Below are positions 23,768-34,897 of a DNA stretch of 64,000 nt, piece by piece. How positions within the stretch are numbered: the stretch's first letter is position 1; the number at the start of each line of letters is the position of its first letter. This DNA comes from Parasitella parasitica NRRL 2501 (Eukaryota > Fungi > Mucoromycota). The translations under genes and the position numbers were made by a program. The DNA lies in NCBI GenBank assembly GCA_025201805.1, contig MU619286.1, forward strand, positions 46,798 through 110,797, read 5' to 3'. The notes under the pieces were generated by a model. The model was not told the origin of the DNA. It searched no databases and saw only the letters and a list, made by a program, of their open reading frames with translations.

Positions 23768-24343
23768 ATGACCGGTGCTTCCAGAACCTACAGTAAGACA
23801 TCCACTGTCCCTCGTCGTCCCTTCGAGTCTGCTCGTCTTGACCAAGAACTCAAATTGATTGGTGAATTTGGTCTCAAGAACAAGAAGGAAATCTGGAGAG
23901 TTGGATTGACCCTTTCCAAGATTCGTCGTGCTGCTCGTGAGCTTTTAAAGCTTGATGAAAAGGATTCCCGTCGTCTTTTCGAAGGTAATGCCCTTATTCG
24001 CCGTCTTGTTCGTATCGGTGTCCTCGATGAATCTCGTATGAAGCTCGATTACGTTTTAGCCTTGAAGATTGAAGATTTCTTGGAACGTCGTCTTCAAACC
24101 CAAGTCTTCAAGTTGGGTCTTGCCAAGTCTATCCATCATGCCCGTGTCTTGATCCGTCAACGTCATATTCGTGTTGGAAAGCAAATTGTCAATGTTCCTT
24201 CATTCATTGTTCGTTTGGATTCTCAAAAGCACATTGATTTTGCTTTAACTTCTCCCCTTGGTGGTGGTCGTGCTGGTCGTGTCAAGAGAAAGAGAGCTGC
24301 TGCCGGTGCTGGTGACGATGCCGCTGAAGATGATGAAGAGTAA
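23768..24343 (+). CDS. RPS9: 40S ribosomal protein uS4 (S9), intronless CDS
   Basis: 191 aa. [31 protein letters not shown]...[29 protein letters not shown]. Confidence 0.98.
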   Translation: MTGASRTYSKTSTVPRRPFESARLDQELKLIGEFGLKNKKEIWRVGLTLSKIRRAARELLKLDEKDSRRLFEGNALIRRLVRIGVLDESRMKLDYVLALKIEDFLERRLQTQVFKLGLAKSIHHARVLIRQRHIRVGKQIVNVPSFIVRLDSQKHIDFALTSPLGGGRAGRVKRKRAAAGAGDDAAEDDEE

Positions 24344-24672
24344 TCTTCTCTCTAGCATATATGAACCTTTGCAAATAAATACAAACTTGATGTTCTTATC
24401 AATTGCAAAGCACCTGTCGTTATTTATTGTCTAAATAAATATCACAGTATCATATCCTTCCCTTTTACTGGTACAAAAGCGATGCGGAATCAGAGACAAC
24501 TACTTTTGATTTTCTATACCGTCCTGTTGCGTGTTCTTTTATTCCGTACCTGTACATTGGGATGCTTGTACATTTTCAATTATTGTTATTGAGCTTGTCT
24601 ACTTGACGTATTTGAGTAAGAATTAAGTTTTATTTTCTTTTTTGTATTATATACGGTATACATAATGAGATT

Positions 24673-26698
24673 TTAAAGAGCAAAAAACTGTTCGCCGCTT
24701 TTTTCCATTCTGCCACGATTATCGAAGGATATGCGCAAATCATAAATCAGGTCATTCCATTCTCTCCAAAGTGATCTCTTTCCAAAAATAACAAACAACC
24801 AGATGCCCTGAGTGCTAACTAAAGTTTCAGCAGCCATCATTAGCCCATAGGGAGGTAAATGATCTCTAATGATAGTAACGCAGCTATTTTGATGTCCACC
24901 AGGGGAAAGCATGCACTCTAACCAATGATTTGTGATGCTTTGGTCTCTTTCTAAGCTTACAACGCGATGGATTTGAGTGAAATAGAAAATCCAGTAAAAA
25001 ATTACGGTTCCACTCGAGAGAATAGCTAGCAAGAGAGCACGCCATTGAATTTGCACAGCTGTAATCACATGTTTATGTCGACGGGATGGCGAAGGACCTG
25101 CCATAGAACCACGCGACAAGGATTGAGACATGTCTGACTGTACGCCTTCCTGAATAGCAATTTTTGTAATGTAGACGAACGTGGCAATGTGGATAACAAA
25201 AGCAGGACACACAATAGCAGCCATAGGGTAAAAGAAGAGTTCAAAGATCCTGTCTACTGCGACTAGACATAGATTGGCGAATTCAAATTTCACTTGATGC
25301 AGACCAACTGAAACTGCCATAATCACTGCGGGATAACCCCAGCACAGGACGTTGAGGATAGCATAACGATTTGTAAAGAAGTTTGAATTCCAAACCGTGT
25401 GTAAATGAAGATTAACAATGAGAGCTGCACTCCAACAACAAGTGGCCAAAGAAGCGAAAATTAGAATTGCACCTATGCGTGTTGTTACATATAAGCATCA
25501 AGGAGTTTTCTTTTGTGAAATATCCTCCTTACCTTGTGTAGCGCACAATGCATTGTTATCTTGTGTACTAACAGAGACCGCATTTGCACATTGAAGACGC
25601 TGAGGATTACCAATAGAAAAGTACACTACAAAACTGAACAAAAAGATACTGGCAGAAACGTTCAATATAAGCAACGACGGATGCCGTCTTTTATCAGGTA
25701 ACACGAGATAACTGACAAGCATGAAAAACGACACGATTGACGAGATGAACCGCAGAATATCTGTGGCCAGAAATCCGTGCACGGTCCAGCCTTCTGGATA
25801 AAACTGTATTTCACATAAAGTTTTAATGATTGGAGAAGGAATTTTTGAAGCAGTATTTGACTTACATAATTCTGGGCAGGACAAGGGATGCAACAGCCAG
25901 CACGGCAATAAATATTGTTGTTTTGATTGACGTTCCCTGGCTTTGCAGTGGGATCCTTTAGAAAGGGGGCAGGACAGGCGTCCATGATGAAACCAGGCGT
26001 AACAGCAGAGAGATTATAGAATGAGTTGGGGTTCTCAATTTTTGGCGCGATAGCATTGCAGGTAGAAGCGTCTGATGAAAGGGGCTGTCCAGTGAGAGGA
26101 GACTTTCTGTTGCAGTCTGGTAATGCGCCCTTTCCGGTCAACATGAATATGTTTGTGCATTGGTAGTGGACATCTTGGCAAGCTTGTTGGCATCCCATTT
26201 TAGGCGAACCGCCATTGTCACCGCATTTGGGAAAGGCAAGGGAACAAGAGTAACGATAGTATGCATCTACGCAAGAAGGAGCAACATGGCCAAGTAGCGT
26301 ACTCATATTGACCAGTGGGCTTAATTGCTGTTCAATCATAGAGATAGGCACTCCTTTTGTAAAGACAGAGTAATTGACGAAGCCCTGTGTATATATTGTG
26401 TTTGTTAATGATTCCGATTGACATTGTGGATCTATATACTAACATGGCATATACCATTATCAGGATACGCTGAACATAAACCTATATACAAACAAGGTTT
26501 TCATTAGCATCTACTTGCAGCCATCATATAGAAACCATCCCTACTTCGTGGTGTTGGGTTAGGAGTTGTATTAGTGCTGTTACTATTAGCATTGGTATTA
26601 GTAGAGTCGACATCAGTCGTATTGCTGGATGGTTTTTGAGCGAAGGATACACTAATAAGTGTAAGCAGCACAAGGTAAATGTCAAAAATAAATTTCAT
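24673..26698 (-). CDS. Frizzled/Smoothened-like (class F-type) GPCR: signal peptide, FZ/CRD cysteine-rich domain, 7TM; 5 exons
   Basis: Exons 26698-26545, 26481-26444, 26384-25866, 25803-25533, 25472-24673. CRD-like Cys spacing (CSAYPDNGICHGFVNY...CVDAYYRYSCSLAFPKC...GCQQACQDVHYQC...LPDC), a linker CPAPF...CCIPCP, then seven hydrophobic segments with KRRHP, CATQGAILIF and LCWGYP. Confidence 0.8.
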
Positions 26699-27392
26699 TA
26701 CAAAATTTATTTGTTTGTGATAGATTCTTATATACGTCCAAAGTGATATAAAGAAGGAATAAAGAGAAGAAGTCTGTGGAATCATCTCATTTTATAGAAC
26801 ACGTTGGAAGGGCAGAAGCCAAATTATCCAGAGCCCCCCCCCCCTTCCCTCATGGGTTGTGAGATGTGTAATTTATAGAGGGTAAACCGTGCTTTAGGGA
26901 AACCTTAAAATCAAAATGTATCCTGTGAGTTTCTGCTTTTGCTGTTTATTACATATGCTGCTGGATGCTGCTGCTGTTTTGTTTGCTTGCTCCCTTCTCT
27001 TCTCCCCTTTTTGCCTACAGACGCTTTCTGAATTACATGTAAATCACAATGAAGGCGCATAATTCTGACACACACCACAGAGGAAAAAGAGGAGTGAAGC
27101 AGATTTGAGGGAGGCTTGTGAACCATTCAGGATAGCTTCCGTGCTAGTAGTTTACATAATTTCAATTGATCCTTACCATCTGCACTCGGTTGGTTTCAAA
27201 ATGCTCAAAATGATCTACAACATGTCCTAGTGCTAGATGTAAATCTTGCAATACCCACATGGATTTTATTGGCATCTTTACTGTATAATACAATAGTTTT
27301 CTCAGGATAAAGTCAAACAATAAGGTAGCCGAGATTCATACTCTATACTATCTTGTCTATCATATAGATTTTGAAATACACACTAGTAGTGC

Positions 27393-28227
27393 TCATGACG
27401 ATTTTATCACTAGAGCAATGTCTTCAGGCTGTTGCTGCTGTAGTGGAGAGGATTTGACGATGTATCTTTTCCTCTTGAGCTGTCTATAGCAGCTTGACAT
27501 GCTTATATAAGAGACTATCACTACGGATAAAACCCAAACAAACAGCGTATTCAGTTCCTGTTGAATGATGGTTGCTGGCTCATGTTCGACCTCTATCAAA
27601 TGTGTGGGAGGCGCATCGTTCATCGTAGTGGAGGGTAGTAATTTTCGCTTCAACCTGAATTCTGTCTCTGGCAAAAGATGAAAATTGTCGTAATCAAGCT
27701 GGAGCATGGTTAAAGTCAAATAATGAAATGAGAAAGTCGACCAAACTTACGACTATCATGCCTTGCAGGTACAATTCTGTTACTGGTTTAGTCGTGATCA
27801 TATTCCAGCCCACATTTACAGGCCATTCCTTTAGCTTAGCATCAATATGGCCCAGTACGGCCACAGAATCAGGCTCTATTTGATCCTGTTCGTCATCATC
27901 GTCACAGGCAACTGAGGTAAATAAGCTTCCGTCAAAACCTTGAAATTCCCCAACTGTTCTGTTTGTATGTCTGTCTTTGACTAATAAAACTATGCCTTGA
28001 TAGGCATATCTTCCAGTGAGGCGAATATTTACTACGGAAGACGAATCCGTTGATATTTCGACACCATAGCAGTGTGTGCAAGTTGATTTTGATGGGCCAT
28101 GGCCTATTGTTGCCATTTTGTTCATATTACACTGCAGCAAGAAACCCCATCTGAATACGAATAGCTGTATACAATAGCTCTTTATACTTACTGTTCCGGG
28201 AGCGCTTGGGTATGAAAGAAAAAAAGA

Positions 28228-28260
<33 letters not shown>
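27393..28260 (-). CDS. Reeler-like domain single-pass membrane protein; start codon uncertain (poly-T region)
   Basis: YPSAPGT|CNMNKMATIGHGP (intron 28191-28132), then YQGIVLLVKDRHTNRTVGEF, an intron at 27750-27699, and a C-terminal TM segment LFVWVLSVVIVSYISM followed by basic residues. Confidence 0.6.
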
Positions 28261-28298
<38 letters not shown>

Positions 28299-28361
28299 GA
28301 AAAAAGGTGAAGGAATTTATTTCTTTGGCCATGTGTAACCCAAGCAATTTACAGGTTGTTT

Positions 28362-29909
28362 TTATTGGCGTAAGCCCATTCTGTTCTTTTCTGATTCGAG
28401 TCTAGAGTACAAAAGATAGAGTGCCATTTGGTTGCTTTCAGGCGTACCAGTAACGGTAACCAGTCGTTCATTAGTATCGCCATGGGGATCAGCAATCTTG
28501 ATATGACTTCCACTCAACTGTCTAATTTCATTAATTTTACTTCCGCCCTTGCCAATGATGCATCCAACCTACGTCGTGGTAAAAAGTCAATCTCTCTTGC
28601 CAACACAGAAAAAGAGCTTACCATCTCGTTGGGAATAAATATTTGTTGTGCTTGAGATGCTCCCGCCAAACCTGGCACGCCAGAAATGTTGCCCATGGCT
28701 CCCATAGCTCCCATATTTGCCATGCCGCCTATAGCCCCCATACCATAATCCTGCTGTCGGGAGGTAGGCATACCACCGTATCCACCAATGGTAGGAGAAC
28801 CAGATCCACCAGGTCCTCCGCCGTAATAAAACTGGCCAGTATTGCCCATTGGCATACTTCCCATAGGCATCATGCCACCATAACCCATAGCAGCAGCAGC
28901 GGCGGCAGCAGCACCTGATCTCATGTTCATATTCACATTTACGTAGTTACTACCACCATTACTGCCATTTCCACGACCCCCATGATGCATGGCAATGGGA
29001 CGATATTGTACAAAATTAGATGATGGACGGTCGCTATGCTCTAGTAGGATCTTGGCAATACGAGAAACAGCTTGTTCAACTGCCGAGGGGGTTCCTTGAA
29101 CGGACACAGTACGCTCCGTAGACATTGGTAAGGGCTCTTCAGATGCATTCAATCGAGCGCCACTGTCATCCTGGATTGCTTTAATAACCACGCCACCTTT
29201 GCCAATTAAGGTTCCCATTTTGCTATCAGGAACAAGCAGTTTGATGACGATAGTTTGGTCGCCAAATGCGTTGCTTTCTTCGGGTTGTGCATGTTCAGAT
29301 ATAATTTTTTCTCCAACTAAAGCATATGCCTATTCTGCAGATGAATATAGCTATCACACAGTCATCTCCTTGTCTTACCTTGGCTACTGCAGCTATGGGA
29401 CCAGTTACTGTCAAAATTCGTTCGTATGCACCAGGTATAATATCGGAAATAGTGACACGAGCATTTGAAGACTCACGAATGTCGCTTACATTCTTTCCGC
29501 CACGTCCAATAATGACACCTGCATCCTTGGTACCGACTAAGGAACGGATCGGGATAGTCTCTGCTGGATCTTCCTGCTGCTGCTGACGATTGTTAGATGA
29601 CTGGCCATCAGAAGGCGAAGAAGACGATTCAAGGCGTACTTTATCATCTATTTCTTCTTCAGAATCATGCTCTTCCCATTTCTTTCTTCTACTGCTTTTT
29701 TCTGGCGAATCTTTGATATTAATGTTAGTATCATCTGATGATGGAATAAAATGAGGAGCTTTAGTCTCCGGGTCGAGAACTGCAAGTCGCTTGGGATGGC
29801 GATCTTCGTGGCCATCTCTCTCGTAATCCGAATCCCATTCTTCGTCCTGAAAGCGAGGTCTTTTGGATCTATCGATAGGAGAGCCACTGTTATTTTCGTT
29901 GTCTGACAT
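28362..29909 (-). CDS. 3xKH-domain RNA-binding protein (Rnc1/Pbp2/PCBP-like)
   Basis: Exons 29909-29379, 29329-28622, 28568-28362. Three GxxG loops (GVIIGRGGKNV, GTLIGKGGVVI, GCIIGKGGSKI). Ends ESNQMALYLLYSRLESEKNRMGLRQ*. Confidence 0.9.
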
Positions 29910-30734
29910 CTATCATATTTGAATGTCAATGATTTTGTTTACATTGTCTACAGAAACTTTACCTTTGTATCTTTCAATCAAATGCTGAATTGAAGAGAAA
30001 ATGGTAAAAAAAGAAAGAAGGGTAATGAAGAGAGAGAAAGAGATGGAGAGAAATGAAATGTATGCTTTATGAGGATTGTGTTGTATCGTGTGCTCTGGGA
30101 AGAAATAGAAAAAATTGACAGTGTAAGGATTTCAATGCAACAGACTTTATGACATTAAGAATGCAAGTTAAAATGATCTCTTGTGGTAAAACTTCACCAC
30201 TCAATCTTTCAACAAGCCATCATCAAAGTAAAATAAAATAGAAATAAATACCAGTGAATAATTATGCCTTTGGGGGGATGTTTTGTAAAAAGTAAACTTT
30301 TCCAATTGTTGTGGTGTTGATTGCTGCCAGACTTTTTCTATTCTGCGTTCAATATACAATGATATATTCCAACGTGAAGGAAGAAAGAAAGAAAGAAACT
30401 TTCGTCAGCCTTCGTCTTGTATTTTACTTTTTTCCAGCGGACTGCTTTGTAAATTGCTTATCAAGCGAGCTCTGTTGGTTATAGTCTTTGGTTAGAGATG
30501 CTTACCATCATGAGCACATCAGAGTGTTTAAGCAAACTTTTAAGCATAGATTTGTTGGCATGAAATTATGAAATATGGCTTTATTAGCTTCTAATTATCG
30601 TTGGTTGCTAAAAAGCAATGCTGTTGAACCGATTGGAGGGGGGGGGGGTCTTTGTATCTGGTCGCAAGAGGGTTGACGGAAGACAAACTGTTGCGATAGT
30701 AACGACATTAAATTGCTACTGCTGTAAACATCTA

Positions 30735-30773
<39 letters not shown>

Positions 30774-33078
30774 NNNNNNNNNNTTATGTTGTTCAAAAGT
30801 ATGTTTCAGGAGGACAACGCGAATAATGTGTAGAAATATTACATGGATTATAGTAATCAAGCAGTTGGTATGATTACAATTTAAAAATCTCATCACCGGC
30901 GTTGCGCAGAAAAATGTTAAATACAATCAACAATAGGAAACATGTTATAATGATATGCAAAATTGCGACGCCCAAATTATTTTATATCTGATCAAACGGG
31001 CCACGATACAAAATTGTTTGAATTTCTTTATTGATAAATTATTTCAGATATATCCGTTAGATATTAGACATCTAAATAGACTCAAATATTTAGACAAGTC
31101 TACAGAACTGCAAATGTATTTAAGCTTAAAAAATATTTAAATCACAAACCATTGAAGTATCAAAGAATCAAACTGCATATACTATTAAGGCAGTAATTTG
31201 TACGTATCCGTCATATTATGCATTTACGCAATGAAAAATCATAGCAGAATCAGCAAATGACAATCTCTATTTTTATAACTTCGTATTATCATTTTATGTT
31301 ACATCTGTTGAGTCAAGTCAGCACATCCAATATCAAAAGGAAAGAATATAGTTACAACGAACGGGTTGGTGTACAAAAATGTGTTTGGTATAGCGAGTTA
31401 CCCCCTATTTAGAATTTGATACTCTGCAATACAGTGCCGGAAACCTGGAACCTGGAACCTGGAATCAACTAGAAGCTAAACTTTTGTTAGTAAAATTACC
31501 CTCAATCTCAATTCTAACCTCTATTTTGCTTTCTACTTTACATGTTTAGCATCTGAATCACAGAAAAAGGGACTTTTGAACTGACATTAAGCATTATTTT
31601 AAGCAACAACGTTAATATGGCTTCTCTGTCACTAGTAATTAGCAACTTGCGAATTATTCACAAATAGCAAGGGATTACCACAGCGAAAACATTGGATTCA
31701 TTAATTATCTTCTTCTGCTTCCAACTCGATGAGGCACACCTGTTTTATTATTTTACTATGAAGAAAGGTATACTTGTGGCATCAAAAATACTTACTTTAT
31801 AGGGCTGTGTCATGTACTAGAATCGATATTGACGTGATATCATCTTTAGATAGATATTTTTACAGCTTAAAAGCAAGAAATTTAGCTTTGTGCGCCATTT
31901 TTTGATTAATTTTAATAATCAAACGTGCCCTAAAAACATCAGAAATAGTATCCATTGGGAAAGAATTATATTATATATGATTTTGGTGCAATTTGAGCAT
32001 GATTTTTTTTTCGATGCAAAATGACGGATTTTTTCGATTTTTTCCTTGTGTCCACCCATCCGAAATCATCGATTATGCATTATCCTCGATTTTGACCTCA
32101 AAAATACAACTTTTTACTATAGCATATATTAGAGGAAAATGATCGCAAAAGACCATTCCTTCATCTGAAAGACTGGAAATGCGCTTTGATTAAGCAAAAT
32201 ATTGACTTTTCCCTCTTGATCTGTTTTGAGGTTTTCTCGACATAACTTCTTCCATGAGCATACGAGAATTATGAAATAGTACCATCGTGTAGAGCGTCCA
32301 AAAATACAACTATTGTCATAGATTGACAGTCGAGGCATGCATAGTATCGGGGGGTGATATGTTGCCTTAAAGAAGTAATTTTGTTTTCTAATTGTACAAA
32401 TGGAGTTTCTGAAAGAATTTTTCCTTCCTGATTTTGGACGCGTTTAATCTCCGCTATCAAAGAAAAATGGTATATTTTCCAAGAAAGCATTAGCTTTGAG
32501 AAGCCATAGCTTACCCAATTCAAGAGAAAAACAATTGCAACCAAGTTTGCTAAATGGTGTGCTTTTTGGCTTTCTAATGGTATTACTTATATATTTGTAC
32601 CTGGCCTGACGATCTCACGCTCCGATTTTGAAAAATACTTTGCCGAAAAAAGTCAGGAAAGTCGCTACCATCATTTTATGTCAACTTAAAACGTACAAAA
32701 ATTTGCTCTAAGCTATGAAAATATGTTATCAAAAGGTATCTTATAGTCTAATAAATTACTTTGCGTTACTTTTTTTTGTGTCTGAATTCTTTAAACACTG
32801 TTTTCTTGCAGTTTTTGACTTTTTTCTGACTAAAGCACATTTAAGTTCGCGTAGGCCAAAAAAAACAAGCGCCTAAAATTTACGCTTCACAAAGACGCAA
32901 ACTTTTGAACCATTCCAATATTATGGAAAAGATGGCACAGGTTTGACTAGCTGTTCTGCTGTGCAACTCGATATAGAGAACCCAGATTGGTACTTTTCTG
33001 ACAAGACTTTCTATACCAGAAGACGCCAGATCAACAGAAGTATAAGAAAATGCCAGAGAAAAGGAAACAATATGCCAC

Positions 33079-33210
33079 CAGGATACCACACCCATTCATA
33101 AAAATTTATCTGTACAGAAATTTATGAAATCCCAAGGACATAAATAAAGCTTATCTTCAACCTTGTTCTTTGTTCCTGAATCCAATTAAAGGTTTTGATC
33201 CAAAGTCAAC
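33079..33210 (+). mobile_element. Tc1/IS630 (DDE_3) transposase relic
   Basis: Frameshifted QDTTPIHKNLSVQKFMKSQGHK / AYLQPCSLFLNPI / F*SKVN resembles the conserved DNAPIH...YLPPYSPFLNPIEEFWSKVK segment. Confidence 0.6.
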
Positions 33211-33942
33211 AGACACACTTACACCCAGAATCACAAATATTTGTCAATAGAGAACCGCAAACTTTTGAAAGACTACCTTGAACTTTAAGAACTTAAAGAT
33301 ATGATGTAGATAGTTTATTTCACAGAGCGTTCTCTTTGTATTTTCACTATAAATGAAACAAAGCAATTACTGTTTTATAAATATGGAAACCCCCACTTGG
33401 AATCTTTTTAAGGAGACATTTCTCTTCTCTCAGAAACTTCTTAGCTTTTATCGGAAATAAAAGGTTTATTACTAGAAACCTTAATATATTATCACAATCA
33501 CTATGACTTTTATCATTTACTTGAATTGGTTTATTAAAAACTGCAAAATGATAGTATAGCTTTACATAAAGAACAAAGAAAGTCATAATTTATAATTGAC
33601 TGATACTTCCAAAGTCAGGGCTACCTGAGACATATTTCACTTCCAGTGCACAGTGCATATTTCAAAACTAAATCTACAAAAGTGGTTATTTTTTTAGTGA
33701 AATAGTAGCAGTGAAGCCCCCATTTTTTTGCTCTTTAATATATACCAATTTGTTTTCTTATAATGATAAATCACTACTTCTAAAACATTATATTTTGTAT
33801 CAAGACACACTATGTATCTACTATGTTCAAAGAGAAATACAAAACGCTATATGCCTCAAACTGACCTTGTCTGAATTATGTATGTGTATTCTAGTGAACA
33901 TGTTGATCATAAATTGCTTTGACGTTGATTTTTGATCTATAT

Positions 33943-34737
33943 ATGTCTCCACGATTTGAGAAAGAGAGATGGTGATCCAGCGCCATTACATACTACCCCG
34001 ACCAAAAAAAGGAAGGAAAAAATTATCTTACTATCATTTACTACTTTATAAATGCCCATATAAAATGATATAAAGTATAACAGGTATATATTTGGTAAAG
34101 AGATTCAAGATATCGTCTTTAAACAAAAGTTGCTTACTGAGAACCTCACAACACTTGCAGAGGTATGTACAAAAGTGGCTACTAATTATCGCAATAACAT
34201 AGCAAAAGACTTTGAAGCACGTCTTTCATCTTTTTTTGTATTACCGTCTTCAAAATATTTTTGAGGCAAGATAGTCGTTTGTTATAATTAATTGACGTGT
34301 GTATACTAGTCAATGGGTACTAGAACTCTTGAAAATCTTGGTAAAGACCACTGCTATCAATACGCATATCAAGTAGAACAAAAATGGCTAAATAAGATAG
34401 TGTTATCCCGAAACTTCACAAAAGACAATTGGGAAATGGTATGGATCATAAATGTGAATTTCTTAAAATCTTGAAGTTCTTCAGAAACAAACAGACCCGG
34501 AAGCTCCTATTATGGAATGCTTGGCAAGACTTGAAAGTTTGCGTTGTGCTGCCACTTTAAGATATTATTATATGCTGGTGACCTCCTGGTTGCACCGCTT
34601 GACGAATTTCTGACATGGAATTTGCAATTGATGCATCACCAAGAGTTTGGCAACGAGACGTTAATGCAGCTAAAACTATGAGTTCAGCCTCACATTCTAT
34701 GTGGCAAGGTCTTGGTAGGTTCGAAGCCTACTGCTGA
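33943..34737 (+). mobile_element. Degenerate, internally deleted Fanzor1 (eukaryotic TnpB-like RuvC nuclease) element
   Basis: Collinear fragments across frameshifts: PTKKRK; TLAEVCTKVATNYRNNIAKDFEARL; LYYRLQNIFE; HCYQYAYQVEQKW; GMLGK; LRCAAT; AGDLLVAPLDEFLT (34574-34615, RuvC-II-like); ICN*C (34620-34634); RVWQRDVNAAKTM...SMWQGLGRFEAYC* (34642-34737, RuvC-III-like). Confidence 0.8.
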
Positions 34738-34897
34738 AGTCAAGCAACAAGAATGATATCGCCATAACAACCACGGATTTGGATTTGTACAAAAAGCTTA
34801 TCATCTACAATAACCTGAGTTTCAATCACATCAAAATTTTGCAACAAAATGAAAACCCAACATCGTGATTAAATGTTGCTCACCTTCTTCCTTCATT

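Noticed and set aside
34718-34728. Perfect B-box GGTTCGAAGCC at the Fanzor 3' end (Pol III promoter for an omegaRNA?)
   Set aside because: It lies in the codons for GRFEA, probably mutated from GRPEA, and has no correctly spaced A-box. Likely chance.
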